A DNA stretch of 64,000 bases from Octopus vulgaris (lineage: Eukaryota): positions 34,720,001-34,784,000 of the forward strand of contig OX597818.1 in the NCBI GenBank assembly GCA_951406725.2. Direction: 5' to 3'. The translations under genes were made by a program, and so were the position numbers. The notes beneath the pieces are model-generated. The model saw nothing but the letters and a program-made list of their open reading frames with translations. It made no database searches and had not been told where the DNA came from. Below are positions 27,488 to 38,730 of this stretch, piece after piece; the stretch's first letter is position 1, and each line of letters begins with the position of its first letter.

Positions 27488-30400
27488 ATGTGTGTATATA
27501 CATATGTGTGTATGTATATATATATTATATATATATATTACTCCCTTTCTATTTAGAAAAATAGACTGCTATGTATCATTTTTATATAATCTCTATTAAT
27601 ACTGTAAGGAAACTGAAATCTGATTTTTACTTCTGTTCATTATGGTATGTCTCCACTTGTTATCATGTACAGAAACAATGATGTCATCATATCTTGTTAA
27701 TACCCTCTATAAGTAGTTTAATATCTATAGAAAAGATTACGTTGTATAAATATCTTCTCACTTCATTATGTATAATGTTTATTTGACATTTTACTCACTA
27801 TTATTTGTTTTCTACCTTTCTTATACGTAAATCTAATTTTCTTATTTCCTTTTGTTTCACTCTTATTTTTCACTTTTATATAGGTATGTTTGTGTGTGTA
27901 AATCGTATGCCTGCAGTAGACTAATGACTGATACATATGTCTGTACATATCCACACATGATGTCTATGTTGTTAAAAATTGGTTTTTTAGTAATATTTTA
28001 AAGATACCTGCAGACTAATAAATCAAGGATAATACAGTTTGAATTTCTATGAATTTCTTTTTCATGTATGTTTAGTGAATTCAGTTATTTGCTTTTGCTG
28101 ATTCAAGTATTTATACTGGTGGATGCACTATCTACTGTTAACCCTTCAATTACAAAAAGGAAGTGGTAAAAGGATTTAGCCCGTTAACTTAGATACACAT
28201 CTCATCTGGTCTTGTGGTAGAATGCACATTGAAAAAGTTATTTCATTGTACAAAATAGTGGATATTGCTCCCCCATCACTGTTTTTTAACAGGATATCTT
28301 TGGGTCAAACAATCTTAAAACTACCTTTTATAAAAAAAAAACACTTGTCATTAATTCTACTGTGATTTTTTATACAAACATATTGAGTTACAAAGGCAGT
28401 TATACAATACCATACAATAATTAAACGGTAATGTTAAAGCAAATACATCTGCATTGATATGAATATAAAAGCAAACACAACTGCAAATGAAACCGCTTGC
28501 CAAAACATGTGCAACTCAATAAAATAGAACAATAATATATAAAAGAAAATCAATAATACTTCTAAAGTAACACAACAATAATAGTAAGCTTCTGAGAAAC
28601 CAATTTTACGAACTAAATTTTGATGTCTATAGGTTGAAACCATTTTACTATACTTCGTTTTTGGAAAGTTATCAAAGCCCTCAACAAATATTTAAAGTTT
28701 AAAAGTCATTAAAATGACTAGCAGTGAAATGAGCTAGCTAAGATGCTCTAAAACAGACTAGATGTTATGTGGCCCACTGAACCAAAATACAAAGGCTTCT
28801 GTTATCCTCTAGCTTTTGTTTTTGTTGATAGCAGCCCTTTTAATTTGTTAAAGATTGTTTGACATGAAATCAGTAATTTTTATTGAAAAATTTTACTTGC
28901 AATTGTATATATATAGTTTATCTAACATCAGTATTGGTAGAGAAATAAATTAGCTGCTCGGATTTGCGCTTCAGAAAGACTGGCATTAAACTGGCTCCAT
29001 AAAAAACTGGTATTATTTAAGTGAAAGTGAAGACTATGAACAATAGCGGTTTTAAAGTACTAGAAAAGTTATGATATTTAAGTAACATAGTCAATGACCT
29101 TAGCACTGAGTATGTTATCTCCTCAACAGTTTCTCATTGTAAAACAGTTCTTTCTTTGTATGAAAGAAAGATTGTGAAGTATATAAAAAAAAAATCTTTT
29201 TAGTAAAACATAGGCATTAAAAGTAGCATTTCCATTGAGGTTGGAGAAGAATGAGACATACTTGATCAACTGATTGGGTATTGAATTTAAAATATGAAAC
29301 AGATGAGTGGCATAAAAGAGCTGCAAAACATAAAAGGGTCAATTTCCTTTAGAAGTGGATACAGAAATATTTTCTGTAAAATATAGAGACAGAAATATTG
29401 CACAGATGACACTTAATGGAAAAGTAATTATCAATTAGATAGATGGATTTTTCTGAGTGGCAATTCTATTCAAAAGAAATGTTTGCACTGTTAATGAAAA
29501 TGTGATCATATTGAATTATTTATAATCTTTAATTACTATCTCATAGTCTCATAGTTTTGTTTCAGTCTTCGGTTTGTTGGGAATAAGGAGGATGTTACTA
29601 GAAGCTTGATATCATTAGCTAGAATAATTTGTGATTAAAAATAATAAGTTTCCTTTCATGATCATGTTTCAACATATCTCTTTTTTATGTTATTTAATCC
29701 TTATTTTGACTTAAATCATTTATTAATTTACTATACATTACTTGTATCTTCTGTTCTAATTTAGTAAATAGCATTAGCATTTTCATTACAAAACCTTTAC
29801 AGGATTATTTTAAGATGTAGAATAGCCAGGAAGTTTTTCAATATTTTTTTAAGGCTAGTGATTCAGCTTACAAATCTGTTTGTTGGTGTCACAATTATAG
29901 ATCTAATGAAATGTCTATTAGAGAAAGGTTTAATTCCTTTCCTTGAAACATTAAAGGTTAGTAGTTATTCTTTCTTCTGTGGAAAGGATTGGTGTTGGCA
30001 ATGTAAAGCATCAAATTTCATATACATTTTCCTGTGATTTCAATGCTCTGTTGTCAAGTTCTCTGTTTTTACCAGCTCTTCTGCTGAGTAGGTGAGACAG
30101 AATAAGTAGTACTTTGACCTGTGTACAGTACAAGTAATGGGATACAACCTTAGAACATTGCCATCAAGAAACTAAGCATTTCTTGAAATCAGACATCATA
30201 ACATCTCAAAATATCAGCAGAGATAGTAATTCCAGAAATAGGAAACATTCACCCAATATGTTGTTGGGTGAAGTTGGAAATGAAGATGACACACAAAGCA
30301 AAAACTTTTTATATAGATAACAGATAGTTATAAAAATCTTAGTGAATGCAGATAGCTTGATGGAGGCTGATGTAATCAATATTAGAAGAGGCAGAAGATT

Positions 30401-31380
30401 TCTGATGTATCATATTATGTGTGACAAGAGAAAATATTGATAGAAAATTTAGTTTTCTGGTGTTGATAGTAAACCTTTCTAAAGAAACAAAAAAGAAAAC
30501 AGTCAGCTTCTTTTTTTGTTGAGTATGCAAGCTGGTTTTTACTCCAAGTTGAAACTAATTCATTTCATGGAGAAAGGGTTGATTTAAATGCCATACCATC
30601 ATGTTTATTAAATTTTGGCCCTGTACCTTAATAAGAATTCAATATGAACATTGTGCAGCATTTTGCATGAAAGAATGGAAACAAAAGAATGACAAATTTT
30701 GCTTTTATTACATCCTACAGAAATCACTTCAAATGCTTTTATCATCATGTATTAAATACTTGATTATTGTAATATCTTCTGTTGACTAGCTTTGGATACA
30801 ATGTCTTCCAAAGATGACAATATTTTGGATCATTGTTTTTTACAAGAATATTGTTTATACCTCATCCACCCTTAAAGCAGAAACTGCATGAAGGGGATTT
30901 GTTAGGGATTCTCAATCACAGCTCATTGCTTGAAGAAGCCTGGAAGACATCAGTATCTGTTGAGTAAATCAATCACAGTAATTGACTGATACTTTATTTT
31001 AATGACCTCAGAAGAATTGAAAGGCAAAGTTGACCTTGGTTGGATTTGAACTTAGAATGCTGAGGGCTGAAAGAAATGCTGCAAAGCATTTTGTCTGATT
31101 TTCTAACAATGCTTCAAAACCTAGTATATAGTATGCAGCAGGTTTAAATAACTATTTGATTTAGTCAAGATACCCAGGTGACTCTTAACAATGGTAAGCA
31201 GTTATTACATGGATGTTGACAAATCCCATTCAGCCATTAACATCTTTTTGCTTAAAAGAATGAAAATAGAAAATATCTAAAAATTATGAAAGCAATAAAA
31301 ACTGGTAGTCTCTGACAATACTGGAATCCGTAATGACAATGACATCTAGAGAGAGAGATAACAGATATTATGGATGGGAG

Positions 31381-31390
31381 GAGAGAGAGA

Positions 31391-31424
<34 letters not shown>
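31381..31424. repeat. (GA)n microsatellite
   Basis: Seen directly. Confidence 0.95.
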
Positions 31425-31426
<2 letters not shown>

Positions 31427-31701
31427 AGTGACTTTGGCTGCTTGTCACAATTGAAGTTTTAATGGATGTTTACAAGAACTTTCACTACTTTATGAGAACA
31501 CACTGTGACTAGTCAGAGGAGAACTATTGACTTTTTCAGCTTATTTGTCAAAGAAAAATAGTTAAGTGGATATAAATATGTAATTAATTTATTAATTTTC
31601 GTTATGTGTTTGTTTGTTTTTTGATGGCTTTTTCATAATTTTTTTATTTACGATAAAAGAATTCAAGAAGTTGCTATTACACCTTTGTTTTATCTTTTCA
31701 G

Positions 31702-32152
31702 GACTTCCAATGTCCCTTGGGTTACACGTAGCCCATGTATACAAGAAGCTGATGAGACCAAAAATAATTCTTCGTCTGTGTCATTTGTCGACACATTATA
31801 TTTAGATAATGATATCCCTGTCCATAAAGATGACGGAGACACTATCGATGTTGGTACATGGAGTGACTCCTCATCACGTGCGAATGACAGTATGCAAGAA
31901 CGGAAATCAACTGGAACTAGCTGTGAGAAATCTTCTGAGTCCGAACGAACAGATATCCTTAAGGGCAGTACACATGAAAGGGCATTTGAAAAGTCACTTG
32001 ATAATGTGATGGATAAAATCTCTGATCGATCATTTGATCTCAGCATGCACTTTGATAAGAACTCTTTCAGTGATACTGGCAGAGACGATGAATCCAGAAG
32101 TTTGAAACAGACCAAAGCTGAAAAGAAAAGGAAATCTTCATCATGGTATTCA
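31702..32152 (+). CDS. GRAMD1: Internal coding exon of a GRAMD1/Aster-family gene (Ser/Asp/Lys-rich N-terminal region preceding the GRAM domain)
   Basis: Pyrimidine tract plus acceptor ttttatcttttcAG (31700-31701); 451-nt open frame TSNVPWVT...EKKRKSSSWYS; donor GTGAGT at 32153. Starts phase 2, ends phase 0, in frame with exon 60387. KKRKSSSWYS resembles the KKSQSWYN motif I recall just upstream of VLSPTYK in vertebrate GRAMD1B. Confidence 0.88.
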
Positions 32153-32856
32153 GTGAGTGTGATTTATGCATTTGATTTCTTTTTGTTTTTTTAGCCATCT
32201 TGTTCACAAAATTTATCTAATGCAATCAATTTATATATTTTTTGTATATGACGCAGCACAAACATTGCTGGATAGCTCTGTGAAATTTAACATTTGTAAA
32301 TCTTTTAAGAACAGATGTTTTAAGAAAGCATTTCTTTTGTAATATTTTGTAATATTCAATATCTCTTACATCAGTTAAACTCAGTTTCATTCAGGTAGAA
32401 TGAAACCTACTTGATTTTCTTTCATAAAACCATTGCTTGATATTTATTTTTTTTATTTTTAAGATGTTTTTAATATTAAATTTATCAAATTTCTATTTTA
32501 TTTACTGCTGTTTAACATACGACAGTGATCTAAGGTGGGAGTACATAATGGAAGGCAGCACAAGAGGTTAAACAAAGAAGTGCAATGGATATCAATAAAT
32601 CTGATGCAATCCTTTATTACTTAGCCATCATGTTTCAAGAAAATCTCTTGTGGAAGCAACACATTTATTGGTGTGAGAGACGGAGAGGGAGGGAGGCGGA
32701 GTGATAGGCTGGTGTACAAAATGTCAATACTAAGTTTGTAAAATGAATAAGAAAGGCGATAATAAGAGATGAGTGGATAATGGACAGACAAGACAAGCGA
32801 CAGATGGAAACTTTGCTGGAAGAAAATGGCTGAAAGGCCCAAATATAGACATTATT

Positions 32857-33747
32857 TTGGGCCATTCCATAAATAATATGATATTTTTATACTTCTTTTA
32901 TTTTTCAAAATTAAGGTAAACGAAGTTCTTTTTTAATTTAAAATATACTCTCCTTCATTTTCTACAATGATCTTCCATCTATCTAGAAGACTTGCAAGGC
33001 CCTTTTTCCAAAATTCACTTGTCCGTGATGAAAAGTACCCTCCAGTACTGTTCTGATCTCATCTACAGAATTCATATTTTTTCTGTCCAAATGATTTTGA
33101 AGACAGTGGAATAAATGATAATCAGATGGGGTAATGTCTGGTGAATATGGTGGGTGAGGCATTGTTTCCCATTCAAATTGCTCAAGCTTTTGGAATGTCA
33201 TCCTTGTTGTATGTGGCTGAGCATTATCCTGATAAGAGAACACCTTTCATTTTGAAACCAAAGAAAGTCGTTTTTCTTCTAGTACTGACTTAAGCTGCTC
33301 ACAGTAGATCTCCTTTGTTATCATTTGGTTTGGGTTTAAAAGTTCAAAGTAGACTAAACCTTTCATATCTCACCAAACAGATAACACCTTATGTGGGTGA
33401 AGACCTTCTTTAGCCTGGAGTGCCAGTGTTTCTCCTTCAGTATTTGACATTTTTATAGAGAACCCATTTCTCATCACTATTCAGTCCAAAAAAGGTTCAT
33501 CTGTGAGACAAGAAGAGCACACATTCACTCTCTGCAATCGATTAGACTTGGAAAGTTTGTGAGGAACCCATTGACCCAATTTGCTGACTTTTCTGATGGC
33601 ACACAAGTGTTGGTGACTGGTTGAATGACCAAATCCAAGCTTCTCTGCTAGTTCCTCAACAGTTACAATGGGATTTTGTTCCACCAGGGTTTGCAAGATG
33701 TCCTCATTGAGTTCTACAGATCTTCCAGGACGAGGCTCATCTTCTAG

Positions 33748-33750
<3 letters not shown>
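32857..33750 (-). mobile_element. 5'-truncated mariner (mellifera-like) remnant
   Basis: Minus-strand ORFs with KVSKLGQWVPHKLS, QDNAQPH, HPPYSPDITPSDYHLFHCLQNHL; one TIR-like end ttgggccattccataaataat; broken at the (GA)n tract 33750-33800. Confidence 0.88.
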
Positions 33751-33803
<53 letters not shown>

Positions 33804-35199
33804 TGGTGGAAAGCTGCAGTGATGGTCAATGGTAATAGAAAGTGGTGAATGTCAGTACTGAGTGATTTGTGAAGGGTAATTAAGATGAAATGCAAATTGC
33901 TCAGTGCTGGCTTGAATAAAGTCTGTGGAGTATAGCTGCACATTTGAGACCTACATTCAATATATATATATGTGTGTGTATGTTTCAGGTTTTGTGTAAA
34001 CATACACTTCTTAGCTTGGCATTTCAAGTATGATTCATCCATATGATAGGGTGAGTGCCTAGAAATGTTGATATGCTAACATATGAAGCAAAAATTACAT
34101 ATGCAAAAACATGTCATAGATTTGATGGGTTGAGGGGATGAAAGCAAAGTTAACCCTGGAAAGAACTGACACCAAATTGCAGATGGATAAAGCTAAATGC
34201 TGTTTATCATTTGGTATATTTCTGTTGTTGGTGAAATATAAGTTATGTTATCAGTGTTTACACTGTGTGCATATAGTATTACAGTATATGGTGAACTGTA
34301 TATGGGTTGAACAGATATTGTAGATCTGTCCAACACATACTGCATTGAAAAACAAATGTAAATCTGATGATGATGCTAGTAGTGAATATGTCAGTTTTAG
34401 AACCTATATGATGCTTTCTTGTCAGTTATCACCCTATTAGTTATGCAGAAAGCTTTATAATGTCCCATAAGGAATGTCACTGGAAAACTATTAAGTAAAT
34501 ACGATTAATAAACATTGTATCTGGCTATAGAATAGTGCAAAAAAATCTAATCAAAACATTTTGAATGTGTTGTCTGATAGCAAATATATTTCGTTGTCAC
34601 ACTTGAGGAAAATAGATGCCAAATGTATTTAGAAACCAATTTAATCTATTTCATCAGAATGTATCCAGAATATAAAGAGAAAGAAAGATAAAGCAAAATA
34701 GCCTAATAGTAAAAACAAAACCAAAATTGTTGTTCAGGCATTCTGCTGAAAATATGAACAAAGAATAGGCATCACATTTTTTTTTCTTTGTTTCCTATTT
34801 GCAACATTTTCCCTCTGTAAAAATTATCTGATGTTGTCAGAATAGCATATTTGATAAAATAAATATTTTTTTAATTATTGTGAAAAAATTAGTTTTTGTT
34901 TCTAAAGAACAGCAAATTTATCACAAACACCAACAATACTGCCATATTTTCTCAAATATTTGTTTTTTAGTAAGCAGTGTTCTTATGCTTAAATAGAATC
35001 TATTTGTTATTTTAGCTCATCTAAGTTACACCTGTTTTTTACATTTATGCATCAATGAATGTATCCTCATTTTAGTTGATTGTGGCGTCTTATTCTTTCA
35101 TTTCATGGGTATTTCTTCCTTACACTGAGATATTTTTCTTTTATTATTATATCATTGGTTGCAAAAATTATATTTTAGCCAGTGTATCTATATATATAT

Positions 35200-35395
35200 T
35201 CAAAATGTGACCGCGTGTGTACCGTTGGCGATTTTTTTTCCTCTGTCTCTTTCCTTTTTCTATGTTTCTGACGAAGAGCTCCGCTCGTAACGTTAAACCC
35301 TCCTTTTACCCTTCCTTTCTGAGCGTCCAATAATACTATATTTGTTCCACGTCCTTGCGTTGTTGTGTTTTCTCTTTGTCTTTTCATGTTTGGAT

Positions 35396-35400
<5 letters not shown>
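35200..35400 (+). mobile_element. Short CpG-rich element embedded in (TA)n, carrying a hammerhead-like motif (putative Penelope-like pseudo-LTR fragment)
   Basis: Flanked by TA runs on both sides; contains GTTT-CTGACGA-A-GAGC-tcc-GCTC-GTAA-CG-TT-AAAC at 35264-35298. Confidence 0.55.
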
Positions 35401-35444
<44 letters not shown>

Positions 35445-35644
35445 TACAGCTTTATATAATTTTGAAGCACAATTTTAAAATAAGGCTGATACTTATTTTT
35501 CATTTTAATAAACCCAAAATTATTAACTCAGATGATTTGCTTTATATAGTGATACAGGAAACAACTTGAGTAGTATTTGGAATTATAAACTTGATATTAA
35601 TAACTTACTGCAGGAATTTCTTGTTGTAATATTCTATTTAATTT

Positions 35645-36100
35645 TTATCTAAGCACAGACAGCTTTGGTGCACTGCCTATCATCTTTGGCCTTTCACCCC
35701 ACTCAATTACCACCAGTATAGCATGCATAGAGTAAGATCCTCTTGGGACCTGCTCTCTTCTGTGACTCACCGGTGATCCTTCACCTATGACAAGTTTTAC
35801 AAAAACGATGTCATTGCACTTGACATCAGCAAAGCAGCAAGAGTGCATATCACAAAATTCTCAAGTCAAAATTACATTTCTCATCTCTTGGGTTAGATGC
35901 TTCTTGTCAGATTGCTTTATTGTAGTGTATGAGATGTGGCTATCTTTGACTCACACTCTATCAAATCTGGTATGCTCCAATGTTCAGTAATGCTATGCAC
36001 ATTCTTAATCTTATACATTAATAATTTACACTCTGTAGTCTCAAACTTGTTCATTCTCTGCAGATGTTGCAGTTCTTCACTTGTTCCTAACCTTTGGTGC
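35645..36100 (+). mobile_element. Old CR1/L2/Jockey-group LINE RT remnant
   Basis: Fragments VIALDISKA, LISWVRCFLSDCFIVV, IKSGMLQCSVMLCTFLILYINNL resemble the RT motifs LDISKAFD / SGVPQGSVL.P.LF.LYINDL; diverged second copy at about 36345-36570. Confidence 0.6.
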
Positions 36101-38149
36101 ACAGGTACCATCCACATTCTATGCTGAATTTGCACTAGCAGCCTTAAAACAAACATGAAATGGGTGAAAATCTTGTTTCTTTCATAATACAAATACACAT
36201 AAATAAACATGCATGTAATAAACTGACACCTCACACTCTCTAATCTTGGCCAACACTCAATTTGAACCTCAAAGTTTCTATCAATGTTGAGATTAATAGT
36301 TTAGTGCAGAAATTCCTTGTTATTGTAATACTCTATTAAATTTTAATCTTAGCACAGACAGACTTAGTGCACTGCTTATCATCTTTGGTCTCTCCACCCC
36401 CTCTCAATGACTGCCACCATAGCATACATTGAGCCAGATCCTCCAAGGATCTGCTCTCCCTTGTGACTCACTGGTGATCTTTCACTAATAAGAAATTTTA
36501 CAAAAATAATGTCATTGCACTTATCAACGAAGCTGTTGTGAGTTCCTATCACAAATTCTTATGCCATAACTACTTATTTCCTATTCACTGATAGTGTTCT
36601 TTCCTGACAATCCTAAAGCAAAAAATTATATTGCAAAGATGATCCATCTTCTTTAGAGCCAGAAAATTCTTCATCACTGAATAGCTGTTGACTTTCTACA
36701 AAGGTCAGGTGAGATCCACAATAGAATGATGTTCCCACATCTGGGAAAGTACAGCTGCTATGTACAAGGTGTTCAGGCTAGCTTTGATAGTTGGTATAGA
36801 ATATTTAAAAATATCAACTAGATTATGGCTAGGAGATAGCTGTTTACTCAGAGTAGCTGCCCTCAGCTTCCACCATGGCTTTGGAACCTGGTGTGCATTC
36901 GTTGTTGTGTCACTGGGAAGATTTTTGAATACCTCCTTGATCTTGGCCACTGGTTTAGCTTTGGTATTACATGCAGAGCAGCTGGTGTCTTTCTCAACTG
37001 TGCCCCATGCATAGTAATCTATGGGATTACAAGTGGGGAAAATAGGTCAGAAACTTCTGACTCTTTCTGGAAGTATGGCAAGGAGCTGAATCCACCTGCC
37101 ACACGTATGACCTTCCAGCAGCTTCACATAGCTGTCCGAATTGAGCCTAAAGCCCTGTTCAAAGATGTTGGAATGAATTCCAGTGTATGGACACAGAATA
37201 TCTGCTGTGTCCCTTCTTGCTGGCTATGGTTATGTAGTCTCATTTTTGGCTGTCCATACGACTCACAAACATTACAGTTTTCATGAGTGCTGAGTAGCAG
37301 TCATGATGCCAACATTTTGGTACTGGTGCAAATCATCAGGTTACAGGTAACTCTTTTCCAATATTCAGGTGGCTTCCCATCTCTCCATGTCAGCTTACTT
37401 TTTCTCTACTACAACTTTTATCTTTATGCTCTCCAACATCATTGACAATTCACCAATACATCAAGCTGTTCCTGAAAAAAGGCGACATACAAAAAAAAAC
37501 AAAAACATCATCAAATGTAGCCTGAACACCTTGTATTCAAACATCTGAAACTACATCTAAAATAAAACACCTGACTGATTAGCAAATACTGGCCAAGCTC
37601 TAGTTCACAGATACACTGTTTCCTTAATTGACATTTCTGCTGCCTACAACATTGGCGTCTGTTTCTCAGAGCTTAGCTAGTAGTGTACCACCTCCTCCAA
37701 AGTTCACTTTCCTGAAATAGACTTCTGCTTGCCAAATATTCTATATCTTTTCTTCCAGGGCCCATATCAACTATTCTACTCCATATCTCATTGAGTAGTG
37801 TAGTCCTTCAGATCACTGGATAACATCGAGTCATTCAACTAATACACTGTATTTCATAAGGGTTCATGTAGGTTTATGCAACAAAGACAGCCTATTTGTC
37901 ACATATCTCTCCTTTATTCTTATCACTAATATTATATTTTATATCTTAGATAATACAAGTATTATACAGATTTATATAAAAAAGAGATGTTAACTCTTTT
38001 GAATTCCTTTCTTGCTTGCCTCTATCAACTTACAGCTATTTAAGCTAAACATCAACCTTATCAATCTTGGAGGGTTGGCAAAAGTAATGTTCACAGTGCT
38101 TTCCACTTGATTAAAACATTAAAATGAATATATACACATATCCTCATCA

Positions 38150-38730
38150 TGTTTATGTCCACTTTCCCATGTTTGCACGAGTTAGATGGGTCTTTTCTGA
38201 TGTAACATTCCACCAGTTTTACACTTTTTGCATTTCTTGTTTGAAGTTCAAAATCCTAAGATCAACTTTTAACACTTCTGCCCATGTCTTCCTCTTTTAC
38301 AGTTTCCTTCCCATTGGATATCTTAGCACTTCTTTACCCATCTGTTATCTTCCACATGCTTCTCATGTCTGTATCAGTGTACTCTTTGTTCTTGCATGCT
38401 TCATCTGACTCCTTTTATACCCACCTAGTTTATCTTGCAGCTCATCTGTATCATATTGTTCACGTATACTAACATTACACCCCCAGTAGAGCATGTTTGC
38501 TTCATTTTTCTCTAACCTTTGCTCATCCTCTGTGTTAGTGCCTGCTATCATGCATCATTGCACTTTGTGCACAAATAACATGTTGCCTACAGAGACGATA
38601 GCTCTTGAACTTTTTCCACCTTAATCTTATACTGGGTACCATGCAATTAGAGCACCCTTCTGTATGCTGATTAGGCTGCTTGGACAACAGAAACTATCAA
38701 CTGCTTTTACAGAGCTATTCAAGATTTGAA
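38150..38730 (-). mobile_element. Decayed RTE LINE 3' remnant
   Basis: Minus strand EDEQRLEKNEANMLYWGCNVS, homologous to the 15425 and 62250 remnants; ends in a tail-like ccatgtttgca segment. Confidence 0.65.

Noticed and set aside
28400-30960. Purine-rich stretches that might be very old transposase remnants or further exons
   Set aside because: No continuous frame, catalytic motif, TIR or convincing splice pair could be identified by eye.
31690-32115. 141-aa antisense ORF overlapping the GRAMD1 exon
   Set aside because: Shadow of a Ser/Asp-rich coding exon; no splice signals or recognisable motif.
31685-32194. 169-aa ORF as a stand-alone gene
   Set aside because: Starts at TTG in a polypyrimidine tract and runs into T-rich intron; the true coding limits are the splice sites 31702-32152.
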